Shown here: positions 34,182 to 44,627 of the stretch, piece by piece | Position numbering within the stretch: position 1 is the first letter of the stretch | How the letters are laid out: each line of letters begins with the position of its first letter | Source of the DNA: an uncultured Gemmatimonadales bacterium | GTDB taxonomy: Bacteria > Gemmatimonadota > Gemmatimonadetes > Longimicrobiales > RSA9 | DNA length: 64,000 bases | Direction: 5' to 3' | Assembly (NCBI GenBank): GCA_963798085.1 | Contig: CAWCRS010000010.1 | Location: 64,001 to 128,000, forward strand | Position numbers and translations under genes: made by a program | Notes under the pieces: model-generated | The model's input: only the letters and a program-made list of their open reading frames with translations | The model's database searches: none | What the model was told of the DNA's origin: nothing

Positions 34182-34343
34182 AGGACGTGCCCTGCCGCTG
34201 CAACGGCCCTGTCGGCCTCACACACGCGGATTCTTCGGGGGAGGGGTCGGGTTGAGGGGTCGGACGCGGGCGCGCGCGCGCGTTGCGGGATGGGGAAGGC
34301 GGGAGGGGGAGGGAGGTGCGGCCGGTTCTTGCTGCCGATATGA

Positions 34344-34378
34344 TTTGTGTTGACAAAGCAAAATATATGGTCTATCCT
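34344..34378 (+). promoter_or_regulatory. Sigma70 promoter with overlapping inverted repeat (probable MarR operator)
   Basis: TTGACA (34350-55), 17-nt spacer, TATCCT (34373-78); TTTGT-gttg-ACAAA at 34344-34357. Confidence 0.7.
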
Positions 34379-34407
34379 CGACAGCACGAACACCTGGACG
34401 GAGTCTG

Positions 34408-34878
34408 ATGCCGACGACTGATGTGGAGCGCGTGATGACGTTCTATCCGCGCATCTTCTTCGCCTGTCACACGCGCCACGTGCGGCACACGGAGTCGGGT
34501 GCGCTGCTCACGTCGCATCAGGCGAGCATCCTGGATCATCTGGATGAGCAGCATCCGATGAAGCTGGGCGAGCTGGCGGATCACATGGGTGTCACGCCGG
34601 GGACGATGTCGATCCATGTGGAGCGGCTGGTGCGCATGGGTTTCGTGAGTCGGCGGCGCAGCGACGCGGATGCGCGGCAGGTGGAGCTGCGGCTCACCGG
34701 GGACGGTGCGAGCGTGCGCGATGACAAGTCAGTGCTCGACGCATCTCTGGTGGATCGCATGCTCGCGCAATTGACGGCGGCCGAGCGGCGCGCCGCGATC
34801 AGGGGTCTGTCACTGCTGGCCAGGGCGGCAACCGCATCGCTGGCGGCCGGTGTGAAGAGGCGCCGGCAGGCCGGTTGA
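34408..34878 (+). CDS. MarR family transcriptional regulator
   Basis: LTSHQASILDHL, GELADHMGV, RLVRMGFVSR..DARQVELRLT. Confidence 0.9.
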   Translation: MPTTDVERVMTFYPRIFFACHTRHVRHTESGALLTSHQASILDHLDEQHPMKLGELADHMGVTPGTMSIHVERLVRMGFVSRRRSDADARQVELRLTGDGASVRDDKSVLDASLVDRMLAQLTAAERRAAIRGLSLLARAATASLAAGVKRRRQAG

Positions 34879-34909
34879 TGGGGGGCTCGCCGTCACGAGG
34901 GAGGAGCGC

Positions 34910-35440
34910 ATGCGCTGGATCTTGTGGACTGTGGCCGTTGTCGTCGGTCTGGTTGCGGCCACTGCGATTGTCGGATTGTTCCGGCCGAAGCGTCACACCG
35001 CGCGCACGCAGTCGCAGCTGGGCAAGGCGCCGGACGCCGTGTGGCGTGTGCTCGCGGATTACGAGCACTGGAGTGAGTGGCAGCCTGACGTGAAGCGCGT
35101 CGAGCGGCTGGCCGATCACGACGGCCACACCATGCTGAAGATGGTGGGCGGCTGGGGCGACATGCCCACGGAGATCACGGTGTCCGAGCCGCCGCGGCGG
35201 ATGGTGACGGAAGTGGATGGCGGCGCCTTCCGCGGCCGCTGGACGTACGAACTGGAGCCGACGGCGTCGGGTGGGTCACGCGTGACCATCACGGAAGAAG
35301 GCGAGGTTGATAATCCGCTGTTCCGAGCGATGATGCTCTTTCACGACAATTACGCGACAATGTTCGGCTACCATCGCGCGCTGGGGACGCGCCTCGGCGA
35401 GACTGTGCAGCCCGTGAAAGCCGATCTCGTCTCGAACTGA
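34910..35440 (+). CDS. SRPBCC (START-like) family protein with N-terminal TM
   Basis: VWRVLADY..W..W, FRGRWTYEL, TITEEGEV.NP; GAGGAG RBS. Confidence 0.82.
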   Translation: MRWILWTVAVVVGLVAATAIVGLFRPKRHTARTQSQLGKAPDAVWRVLADYEHWSEWQPDVKRVERLADHDGHTMLKMVGGWGDMPTEITVSEPPRRMVTEVDGGAFRGRWTYELEPTASGGSRVTITEEGEVDNPLFRAMMLFHDNYATMFGYHRALGTRLGETVQPVKADLVSN

Positions 35441-35476
35441 CGACGCTTTCAGTCGCGAGCACGGCCAGTCCTCGTA

Positions 35477-38400
35477 TCATCGAGTGTGATGCTGTGGCTG
35501 CAGCGCGTCCTCGCGCAGCACGGCATCCAGCGTGCCGACCAGGCGATTGGCGTCGTCGCAGCCGAAGACCAGCGGCGGCTTGATCTTGAGCACGTTGTGG
35601 AACGGTCCGTCGGTGCTGATCAGGATGCCTGACTCGCGCATGCGGTTGGCGACGTGGGCTGCGTGCCGGCCGGCGGGCTCGCGCGTTGCGCGGTCACGCA
35701 CCAGCTCGACACCCACATAGAGCCCGCGGCCGCGCACGTCGCCGATCCGCTCGTGCGTCCGCATCAGCGCACGCAGTCCTGCCTGCAGCTGCTCGCCGGT
35801 GCGCAGCGCGTTGCTCTGCAGCTGCTCGACCTCGATCACATCCAGCACCGCCATGCCTACCGCGCACGACACCGGGTTTCCACCGAAGGTGTTGAAGTAC
35901 TCCATGCCGTTGGCGAATAATGCGGCGATTGCAGGCGACGTGATCACCGCGCCCAGCGGGTGCCCGTTGCCGATGGGTTTACCGACGGTGACAATGTCCG
36001 GGAGCGCGTTCTGCTCCTGGAACGCCCAGAAGTGAGAGCCAACGCGGCCCATTCCAGTCTGCACCTCATCCGCCACGCACACGCCGCCCGCCGCGCGCAC
36101 CGCGGCGAATGCTTGAGCGAGGAACCCCGCGGGCGGCACGATCTGGCCGGCGCATCCGGGCAGCGCCTCGGCGAAGAACGCGCCAATGGGCCGACCCGCC
36201 TCCCGTGCCTCGGCCATCGCCCTTTCGACGGCAGCCGCGTACAGGTGACCGGCCTCCGCATCGTTGCCGCGGAACGGACCGCGATAAGGATCGGGCGCGG
36301 GCGCGACGTGCACGTGCGCCGCGCGTCCCTCTCCGCCGGGTCCGTTGAACTTGTAGGGACTCAGCTCGATGAGCGCGCTGGTGTTGCCGTGGTACGCGCC
36401 GTCCAGCACCAGCACGTCGTGTCGCGCCGTATGCGCCCTCGCCATGCGCAGGGCCAGCTCGTTGGCTTCGCTGCCGGAGCAGACGAAGAAGCAGACGCGC
36501 AGCGGTTCCGGCAGTGTCGCGCTCAGTCGCTCGGCGTAGCGCACGAGGTTCTCGTGCAGGTAGCGCGTGTTGGTGTTCAGCACGCGGCTCTGGCGCTCGA
36601 GGGCCGCGACCACGTGCGGATGGCAGTGGCCGACATGCGCCACGTTGTTGACGGCGTCGAGGAAGGGCTGGCCGGCTTCGTCGTACAGGAACTGACGCCA
36701 GCCGCGCACCATGGTGAGCGGCCTGCGGTAGGCAATGCTGAGCGCGCTGCCAATGCTGCGGTCGCGCCGTTGCCGCAGCGTGCCGGCATCGGGCGAAGCG
36801 GCCGGGTGCAACCCGGGCAGTCTTAACAGCAGGTTGGGATCGGGCGAGAGCGCCAGCCACAGCGCGCGCTGGCCGGGGCGGGCCACACCGGGAAAGGTGC
36901 CTTCGAACCCGAACAGATCGGTGACCACCTGCACGTGCAGGTGCGGCGGCCAGCCGCCGTTGCCCGGCTGCCGGCCCACCTCGCCAATGCGCTGTCCGCG
37001 CTCGACCGGTTCCCCCGCCCGCAGCCCGGACAGGCAGTCCGGTGACAGGTGACCGTACAGCGTCCAGAAGGTCAGGCCATCGGCAACCGTGTGGCGCAGG
37101 ATGATGGTGGGGCCGTAGTCGAGCAGGCCGGCATTGTCCTGTACACTCTCCACAATGCCGGCGAGTGGTGCGAACACGTCTGTTCCGGCCGTGACGAACA
37201 GGTCGATGCCCAGGTGCACGGTCCGCCATTCGGGTCCGTGCGCAGTTTCCACGCGGAACGCATCCGTCGTGTACCAGCGCCTGACTTCATCGTAGCGCCC
37301 GATGCCGATGTCGGCGCCTGCCGCGTGCATGGCGCCGAAGATGGCGCGATCCCACCCGCCCAGGTCGCTCGCATCGGCGGGTCCTTCCGGAAGCGTGTCC
37401 GCAATGCCCAGCTCGAGAGTCAGCAGCTCCGGCGCCGCCGGCGGAACGCCGAGTACGGGAAAGGCATCGTCGCCTTCGTTCTTCAACCACTGGGAAACGC
37501 GTACCGCGTGAGCGCTGGGCGGCAGCCCGCAGGCCTGGCGCAGCACGCAGGCGGCGAAGCGCGGGTGCACGCCGGCCAGGCGCTCGAGGCAGGCCCAGGC
37601 CGGCGCCTCGCTCACAGACAGGTAGACATTCTCCGGATGCTGGCGCCGCTGTTCCGCGGACAGCACGACGCTCATGCAGAGACGCAGGCAGAGCAGCGGG
37701 AAGAGCGCCTCGATTTCCACTTCCGGCAGCGGGCAAACAGCGTGATAGCCATGCACCACATGCGCGGCCGTGCTCACCGGATCCGGAGAGTCCAATGCTG
37801 CGTACGCGGCGGCAATGGCCACTTCACCGGCGATCCAGGAGTGCATCACATCGCCGAAATCGAGCAGGCCGGTGACCCCGATCGGCTTCTGCGGATCGTC
37901 CGCGTCCAGCTCGCCGACCAGGATGTTGTAGTCGTTACCATCACCATGGATCACGCCCGTGCGCAATGCTGCGAACCGATCGCCGGACATATCGAACAGT
38001 TGCAGAAACGACTCGACGCGGGCGCGGCGCACGCGATCGGAGATGGCACCCAGGTGGGTGGCAATCACGGTGCGGCCCTGGCGCAGATCCCAGTACAGCT
38101 CGCGCTGCGCGCCCGGGTGGGTGAATCCCTCGAGCGCGCGATCCACCTCGCCCATCAGCGCGCCCACAGCGGTGAGCAAATCCGGTGTCAGGGGTCGCGT
38201 CCCTGCGAGTGGCCGTCCCGGCACCCAGTCGAGCAGGCGCACCGCGTGGGTTGCACCGGCCGCCGTGGTGAACCGGCCGGTCGCTTCGCCGGCGTGCGTG
38301 CGCAGCAGGCGAGGAAAGCGGAACCGCGAGGTCACGCCGGCCAGGCGATCGAGCAGCTGGTTCTGGCAGTCCAGCAGGCCGGGGTCTTCATTGGTCTGCG

Positions 38401-38614
38401 AGAACTTGAGCACGAAGTCGCCGCGCTCCGTGCGCAGCCGGAAATTCTGATCGCGCTCCGAGGGCAGAGGCTCCGGCGTCGCCTGCAATCCGTAGAGCTG
38501 GAACGCCACCGTGGCCGCTTCCAGGGCGCTCAACCGGGGCGGCCTGTGCCCCTCGCCGGTCGGACTAACAGTGGATTCAATGCCCGCCAGGGCGCGGCCT
38601 GCGCCCGTGCTCAT
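35477..38614 (-). CDS. APH-like kinase / M23-like / class III aminotransferase-fold fusion (hydroxylysine kinase + phospho-lyase-like)
   Basis: [19 protein letters not shown] (kinase); HLGID, YGHL, PHLH (M23); [28 protein letters not shown] (PLP lysine); start uncertain. Confidence 0.88.
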   Translation of the reverse strand: MSTGAGRALAGIESTVSPTGEGHRPPRLSALEAATVAFQLYGLQATPEPLPSERDQNFRLRTERGDFVLKFSQTNEDPGLLDCQNQLLDRLAGVTSRFRFPRLLRTHAGEATGRFTTAAGATHAVRLLDWVPGRPLAGTRPLTPDLLTAVGALMGEVDRALEGFTHPGAQRELYWDLRQGRTVIATHLGAISDRVRRARVESFLQLFDMSGDRFAALRTGVIHGDGNDYNILVGELDADDPQKPIGVTGLLDFGDVMHSWIAGEVAIAAAYAALDSPDPVSTAAHVVHGYHAVCPLPEVEIEALFPLLCLRLCMSVVLSAEQRRQHPENVYLSVSEAPAWACLERLAGVHPRFAACVLRQACGLPPSAHAVRVSQWLKNEGDDAFPVLGVPPAAPELLTLELGIADTLPEGPADASDLGGWDRAIFGAMHAAGADIGIGRYDEVRRWYTTDAFRVETAHGPEWRTVHLGIDLFVTAGTDVFAPLAGIVESVQDNAGLLDYGPTIILRHTVADGLTFWTLYGHLSPDCLSGLRAGEPVERGQRIGEVGRQPGNGGWPPHLHVQVVTDLFGFEGTFPGVARPGQRALWLALSPDPNLLLRLPGLHPAASPDAGTLRQRRDRSIGSALSIAYRRPLTMVRGWRQFLYDEAGQPFLDAVNNVAHVGHCHPHVVAALERQSRVLNTNTRYLHENLVRYAERLSATLPEPLRVCFFVCSGSEANELALRMARAHTARHDVLVLDGAYHGNTSALIELSPYKFNGPGGEGRAAHVHVAPAPDPYRGPFRGNDAEAGHLYAAAVERAMAEAREAGRPIGAFFAEALPGCAGQIVPPAGFLAQAFAAVRAAGGVCVADEVQTGMGRVGSHFWAFQEQNALPDIVTVGKPIGNGHPLGAVITSPAIAALFANGMEYFNTFGGNPVSCAVGMAVLDVIEVEQLQSNALRTGEQLQAGLRALMRTHERIGDVRGRGLYVGVELVRDRATREPAGRHAAHVANRMRESGILISTDGPFHNVLKIKPPLVFGCDDANRLVGTLDAVLREDALQPQHHTR

Positions 38615-39415
38615 GCGCCAGACCGCTGCGCTGTCAGACGGGCCGACATTCCACTGCGAAGCGGCCCGCTGGCAGTGTGCCGGGAGCGGTCGCCGTGAGA
38701 CCGGTGGCGCGGGCCAGAGGCATGAATTCGTCGAGCACCCAATGGCATCCATGGCGGGGCGACAGAGCGGCCTGAAGCTGCGCTTCGGCCCTGGTCGCGT
38801 CAAATGACAAGCACATGGCAGACGAGAACTCGCTCGGGATGCAGGCGGGGGTGCTTCCCTGCAATTGCCTGAACTTCAGCCGGGCGGGCGGGCGGGGGAA
38901 GGGTGCGCAAGTCGTTGGCGCCGACGCCTCACAGCATGTCGGGTTGCATATCTACGGGGGATTCCCTACCGTGCCGGAGAGGAAAACCTAATGTCGCGCC
39001 GTGTTGCGGCGTCTAACTTGACGCTCAAGCTGTGGGAACGAGGCTCGTGCGCACGATGCCTGAGGGCAGGCGTGGCCGGCCCGGGTTCTGCGGTTCGGAC
39101 TGCCGAACGACAATCCGAGCGGCTTCCCGAGCACTTCGGGAGGGAGCATGTGGCTGGCTCCGCGCGTGTTGTGGAATGCTGGTCTCCGGTGGGTCACTGA
39201 CGCTCTCGCGGGCGGACCGATCGTCGACCGTGCTGCAGTGCATGCGCTCCTGAAACACCTGCTCATCCATCCTGTTGCCATTCCATTCGTCGCCAATCCG
39301 TTGCTGGATCTGCCATGCATTGCGCTTCTGCAGGCAACGCACGAGCGGCCAGCGCGGTGCGCCATATCAGCACGACCGGCTGCCTGCCGGCCGCTCTTCG
39401 GAAGGGAGGGCGTAC

Positions 39416-40846
39416 ATGTATAGGGGTCGATGGAGTCTGGCTGCAGGTGCGCTCGTGTTTTCCGGACTGCTGGCTTCCGCCTGCGTGCGTACGGAGCGGG
39501 TGCTGGTGGACATTCCGCCCTACGAGAATCCGCCCACTGCCGCGCAGGGCTTCCTGGGTTACACCAACAGTGCGACCTCCAAACAGCCCGTTTGCGGCAA
39601 CTGCCACATCGGCCACTTCGAGGCGTGGAAGGGCACGCGGCATGCCAGCGCCTGGACGGACCTGCAGGCCAGCGGGCATGCGACCAATGCCTGCAACAAC
39701 TGCCATTCCGTGAGCGCGAACGGCAATCGGGTCACTGACTCCCTGGTTGCGTATGCGGCCACGAAGGACAAGCGGTACCAGGATGTGCAGTGTGAGAACT
39801 GCCATGGACCGGGGCTCGAGCATGTGACCAACCCGGACGCGACGCAGCCGCTGGCGTCCATCGTGGTGGGGACCGATCTCACCAGCGGTTGTGGCGAGTG
39901 TCATCGGGGAACGCACACGCCGTTCATCGAGGAGTGGACGCAGTCCGCTCACAACAACAAGCACGCGTCGCCGCAGACCAACGCCTCGTGCGTGCAGTGC
40001 CACGAGGCGCGCGGCATCTTCGCTGCCTGGGGCGTGAACACCAACTATCTGGAGAAGAACCAGACGACGCCGATCAACATCGGGTGTCCGGTCTGCCACG
40101 ACCCGCACGAACGGCGCAATCCGCATCAGCTCCGGTTCCCGATCAGCGATCCCAATGTCGACACCAACCTGTGCATGAAGTGTCATCACCGCCGGAGTGA
40201 GCCTGACCCGACCAAGGCCTCTTCCGGGCCGCACTCGCCGCAGGGGCCCCTGCTCCTGGGCGAGAGCGTCGGCTGGGTACCCCCTAACTTCACCTACACG
40301 GACAAGATCATCGGCACCCACGGCACGGAGGCGAACCCCGAGCTCTGCGCCGGCTGTCACGTCAGCGCTTTCAATGTGACGGACCCGGCCAGCGGCAACC
40401 TGGTGTTCCACGCCACCGGTCACCTGTTCAATGCGATCCCCTGCCTGGATTCGCAGGGAAAGCCGACGACATCCGACACCTGCCAGCTCTCCGAGCGCAC
40501 GTTCAAGGCCTGTGCCGCGAGCAGCTGTCACGGCACCGAGAGCGCAGCCCGCTCCGCGCTCACGGTGGCCCGCGGTCGCATTGACGATCTGGTCACTTCG
40601 CTCAACGCGCTGCTGAGCCGCGTCCCCAAGACGGAATTCGACGATAACGACGGCAAGCTGACGACAGCGGAGGGCGCCAAGTTCAATTCGGCGCTGGGCG
40701 CAATGGACGGCGCACCCATCCACAATCCGTTCCTGGTGGAGGCGCTGCTCACGGCCAGTATCAAGCAGGTCATGACCGATTACGGGCTGCAGGCTCCGCC
40801 CAGCCTCATCCTGGAGGACGTGCTGAGGGTGGAGGCCAGGCAGTAA
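39416..40846 (+). CDS. Multiheme cytochrome c lipoprotein (8 CxxCH + 1 CX4CH)
   Basis: Lipobox LASAC; CGNCH, CNNCH, CENCH, CGECH, CVQCH, CPVCH, CMKCH, CAGCH, CAASSCH; GGGAGG RBS. Confidence 0.9.
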   Translation: MYRGRWSLAAGALVFSGLLASACVRTERVLVDIPPYENPPTAAQGFLGYTNSATSKQPVCGNCHIGHFEAWKGTRHASAWTDLQASGHATNACNNCHSVSANGNRVTDSLVAYAATKDKRYQDVQCENCHGPGLEHVTNPDATQPLASIVVGTDLTSGCGECHRGTHTPFIEEWTQSAHNNKHASPQTNASCVQCHEARGIFAAWGVNTNYLEKNQTTPINIGCPVCHDPHERRNPHQLRFPISDPNVDTNLCMKCHHRRSEPDPTKASSGPHSPQGPLLLGESVGWVPPNFTYTDKIIGTHGTEANPELCAGCHVSAFNVTDPASGNLVFHATGHLFNAIPCLDSQGKPTTSDTCQLSERTFKACAASSCHGTESAARSALTVARGRIDDLVTSLNALLSRVPKTEFDDNDGKLTTAEGAKFNSALGAMDGAPIHNPFLVEALLTASIKQVMTDYGLQAPPSLILEDVLRVEARQ

Positions 40847-40908
40847 AGCAGCCCCGGATCGACGCAGACGAGCACACCCTGTTCGCAGGGAGGGACCTCG
40901 TATCAGCG

Positions 40909-41742
40909 ATGAGGCAGGCATCGCGGGCGGTGGCCGTCCTGGCGCTGGCACTAACCGCGTGTCAGAAGGCCGCCGCCCCTCCGGCGCAGGCTGGTGCTGA
41001 TTCGACCGCGGCAGCCGCGGCAACGGACACGGCGCCGGCCAGGGCGATCACGCCCATTCCCTTCGTCATGCGCACGAACCCGAACCGGTTCGCGCACTAC
41101 GCGCATCGTGGCGTCTCCTGCAGCACCTGTCACCCGGCGGTACCCGGCCACGGCAGGCACGGCGCGCTGGCCTGCTCCGAGTGCCACGAGCAGATCGGCG
41201 CCACCGCGACGGCAGCGCCGGTTACTTCCGTCGAGTGCAACGCCTGCCATCACGCCGCCGACCAGGCACGACCCTGCCTCGAGTGTCACGGCAGCGCACC
41301 GGCGGGCCCACTCGCCGTGCGCACGGCAGTGCGCGTGTCGGTGCGCCCGGCCACGGAGGAGCGCAGCCTCACCTTTGATCACGCGCGGCATCAGAGTCTG
41401 GCCTGTGGTGAATGCCATGCGGACAAGCCGCACGTGGGTGCGCCCCGACCCTGCAGCGCGTGTCATGATCGGCATCACCGGCCCGATGCGCAGTGTTCGT
41501 CGTGTCACCAGGCGGCGCTGCTGCCCATGCATGATCGCTCAGCCCACCGTGGCTGCGGGGGCAGTGGCTGCCATCAGGATCCGGTGGTAGCCAGCCTGCC
41601 GCTGACCCGTCCGGTGTGTCTCGTGTGTCATCGCGATCGGCAGGATCACGAGCCCGGCGAGAATTGCGCACGCTGCCATCTCCTGAGCACAGGCGACGGA
41701 CCGCGCAGCATTCCGGCCGCGCCGCGCGGGGAAGGGCGTTGA
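40909..41742 (+). CDS. Compact multiheme cytochrome c lipoprotein (9 CxxCH + 1 CX4CH)
   Basis: Lipobox LTAC; CSTCH, CSECH, CNACH, CLECH, CGECH, CSACH, CSSCH, CGGSGCH, CLVCH, CARCH. Confidence 0.88.
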   Translation: MRQASRAVAVLALALTACQKAAAPPAQAGADSTAAAAATDTAPARAITPIPFVMRTNPNRFAHYAHRGVSCSTCHPAVPGHGRHGALACSECHEQIGATATAAPVTSVECNACHHAADQARPCLECHGSAPAGPLAVRTAVRVSVRPATEERSLTFDHARHQSLACGECHADKPHVGAPRPCSACHDRHHRPDAQCSSCHQAALLPMHDRSAHRGCGGSGCHQDPVVASLPLTRPVCLVCHRDRQDHEPGENCARCHLLSTGDGPRSIPAAPRGEGR

Positions 41743-43218
41743 TGCGACACCGCTCGAGCCTGGTGTTCGCCCTGGCTCTCTGGTCCGTCGCGGCCTCACG
41801 CGCAACTGCACAGAGCGCGCGCATTACCGGTGTGACCAGCATGCAGTACGTGCAGCTGCGTCCACTCGTGGAAGACAGTGTGTCCGTGCTGGACGCCATC
41901 GGTGATGGCCTCATCCGGCGCACGGCGAATGGACAGCTGGTGCGCTGCGTGACCGGTGTGCCGTACTGCCAGTTCACGCGCTCGGCGGCACGCACGGAAG
42001 TCGTACCCGTGATCCAGGACATCACGGTGAGCGCATGGGGCATTGGTCGCGGCGTACGCGTGTATGCGCAGCTGCGCACACGCGCCGCCGTGGGCGGTCG
42101 CAACGAACTCTGGCCGCAGGCGAATGATGCATTCGATGCACTCTCCGCATATGTCGAGCTGGATCGCACGCGCTTCCGTTTGCGGGGCGGCCGGCAATGG
42201 AAGACGTCGGGACTCGGCTACTACAACTTCAATGGTGCGTCGGTGCTGTTGCGCGCGCTGCCCGGCCTTTCTCTGGAGGCCTTTGGAGGCTGGAGCCTGG
42301 TTCGTGGTATCAACGAGCCCCTTACCAGCGAGTCGCTGACGGCGATCGAGGCATTCGCACCGAATGCGCGGTCCCTTCTCCTGGGCGCGCAGGCAAGCTA
42401 CCGGCCGGCGGCTTCACTCGGCCTGGGCGCACTCTACCAGCGCGAGATCCGCAGTGACCGTCTCGGCCTGTACACGGAGCGTCTGGCCACCAATGGCGTG
42501 TGGCGCTGGCGGCGCGGCTCCGTCAGCGCATCCATGCAGGCTGATCTCGCATCCCGCGAAGTGAATGATCGGGCGGTTGACCACCCGCTTCATTGTAAGC
42601 GACGCCATCAGTGCCAGCGCATTCGTGCGCACATACCGCCCGTTCTTCGAGCTGTGGACCATCTGGGGCGCGTTCGAGCCGGTCGGCTTCACGGAAGCGG
42701 GTGTTGGCGGATCATGGCAGGACCCGAAGAACGCACTCGTGCTGAACCTCGACGTCGCGCGTCGCGGGTACGCGGACACGCACACCAGCACGGCCTTCGG
42801 CACCTACGAATCATCGGGCTGGACCGCCGCAGCGACCGGGTCGCTGCGGGCAAGGCGCGACTGGTTGGTGCAGGGTGATTATCGCATTGACTTCGGCTTC
42901 GGCGCCTCGCGCAGTGAGGCGAGCCTGCGCGTCCAGCGTGACATCGCGGATGGCACGTATGTAGGCGCCAGCGTCATGGGATTCCAGCAGCAGTTCGAGT
43001 TCCGGGTGGCTGATGGCACCGTGTTCGGTGCGGGCGCCGATGGTGCCCTGCGACTGGGGCCGCGCACACGGCTGAGCGCTTCCCTGTTGAACTACTGGCA
43101 TCGCGGCACCAGCGGATTGCCTGACGTGGACTGGGGTCAGTTGCGCGGGCGGCTGCAGTTCGAGTGGACCATCGGGCCGGAGCCGGGAGTACGCCTGGCC
43201 GGCGGAGGTACCCAATGA
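41742..43218 (+). CDS. Putative outer-membrane beta-barrel (porin) protein (frameshift near 42568)
   Basis: Signal peptide; alternating amphipathic strands rich in aromatic and Gly residues (AYVELDRTRFRLRGGRQW, VQGDYRIDFGFG, GRLQFEWTIG); translationally coupled between cytochrome genes. Confidence 0.7.
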
Positions 43219-44627
43219 CGTCGCGCGCGGGCATCATCACCGTCGCGCTCCTGCTTGCCACCGGCGTCTCGGCGCAGCAGCGCCCGCCCGCGCAGGACAC
43301 CTTCCCGCATCTCACACACGCGCGACTGTTCCCGTTGTGCGATGCGTGTCACGCGGGCATCAGCAGTGGCGTCCGGGCGGATGCGTTCCCGACGCCAGCG
43401 AATTGCGCGTCGTGCCATGATGGGCAGCGCGTGCGCCGGGTTTCGTGGTCGGGACGGGCGGCGCGTGCGTCCAACCTGAATTTCGCGCATCCCCGGCACA
43501 TCCTCGCGATCCGCAACGCGGGGGACTCGCTGGATTGCGCCGGCTGTCACTCCACGGGGGATACGGCGCGCATGGCGGTCGGCCCGCCGGATCCGAACGC
43601 CTGCACGGGCTGCCACGCGCACCAGGCGCCCGGGCACCTGAGTCCGGGGCGCGATTGTTCGACCTGCCATCTCCCGCTCACGGCCGCGACATCCCTGAGC
43701 GCTGCGCGCGTGTCGGCTTTCCCGAAACCCGCCAGCCACCAGGCGCCCGACTTCCTGCTTCAGCACGCGCCGGGTTCCGCCGTGGACCGGACTTCGTGTG
43801 CGACCTGCCATGCCCGCGAGAGCTGCGCCCGCTGCCACCTCAATGCGGATTCGGTTCCGGCTATCGCTGCGTTAGGCCGCGATGCGCGCGTGGCGGCTCT
43901 GGCACGCGACAGAGCCCCCGTATACCCGCAGCCGGCCAGTCACAGCACTTCGGTATGGCGTGCGAAGCACGGCGCGGAGGCGGTCGCGAACGTGGCGCAA
44001 TGCGCGAACTGCCACGCGAGGTCGAGCTGCACCGCGTGCCATCGCGACCGGGCGCCGCCCGAGGTGAGCCGCCTGCCGGTGTCAGGCGAGGCCGATCAGC
44101 GGGGCGTCGTGCTTCCGGCCCGGGTCACGCAGATCCACCCCGCAGGCTTCGTGAAGCTGCATGGGCCGGAAGCCGCCACCATGGAAACTTCCTGCCAGGC
44201 GTGTCACGCTTCGGCGTTCTGCGAGAAGTGTCACGCCGGGCCGGTTTCGCCCTCCTTCCACGCACCCAACTTCCTTGCGCGGCACGGGCCCGATGTCTAT
44301 GCCAATGACATCGAGTGCACATCCTGTCACAACCCCGAGGTCTTCTGCCGCGCGTGTCATGCGGGGTCGGGACTGGCGTCGAGGGGACGCCTGGGCGTCG
44401 CCTTCCATACGGCGAATCCGCTCTGGATCGTGGGCCACGGCGGCGCTGCGCGGCAGGGGCTCGAAGGGTGCGCATCGTGCCACCAGCAGTCGTTCTGCAC
44501 GCAATGCCATTCCGCGACCGCGGGCTGGCGCATCAATCCGCACGGTCCCGGCTTCAACGCGGCGCAGATCGAGAAGGCCAATCCTCTGACCTGTCGCCTT
44601 TGTCACGCGGGAGGCCCACCGCGATGA
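43215..44627 (+). CDS. 16-heme periplasmic cytochrome c
   Basis: Signal peptide ...ATGVSAQ; 16 CxxCH motifs counted. Confidence 0.9.
   Translation: MTSRAGIITVALLLATGVSAQQRPPAQDTFPHLTHARLFPLCDACHAGISSGVRADAFPTPANCASCHDGQRVRRVSWSGRAARASNLNFAHPRHILAIRNAGDSLDCAGCHSTGDTARMAVGPPDPNACTGCHAHQAPGHLSPGRDCSTCHLPLTAATSLSAARVSAFPKPASHQAPDFLLQHAPGSAVDRTSCATCHARESCARCHLNADSVPAIAALGRDARVAALARDRAPVYPQPASHSTSVWRAKHGAEAVANVAQCANCHARSSCTACHRDRAPPEVSRLPVSGEADQRGVVLPARVTQIHPAGFVKLHGPEAATMETSCQACHASAFCEKCHAGPVSPSFHAPNFLARHGPDVYANDIECTSCHNPEVFCRACHAGSGLASRGRLGVAFHTANPLWIVGHGGAARQGLEGCASCHQQSFCTQCHSATAGWRINPHGPGFNAAQIEKANPLTCRLCHAGGPPR

Noticed and set aside
39416..40846. NrfA nitrite reductase or HAO
   Set aside because: No CxxCK motif, a different heme count, and no nrfH or hao partner genes.
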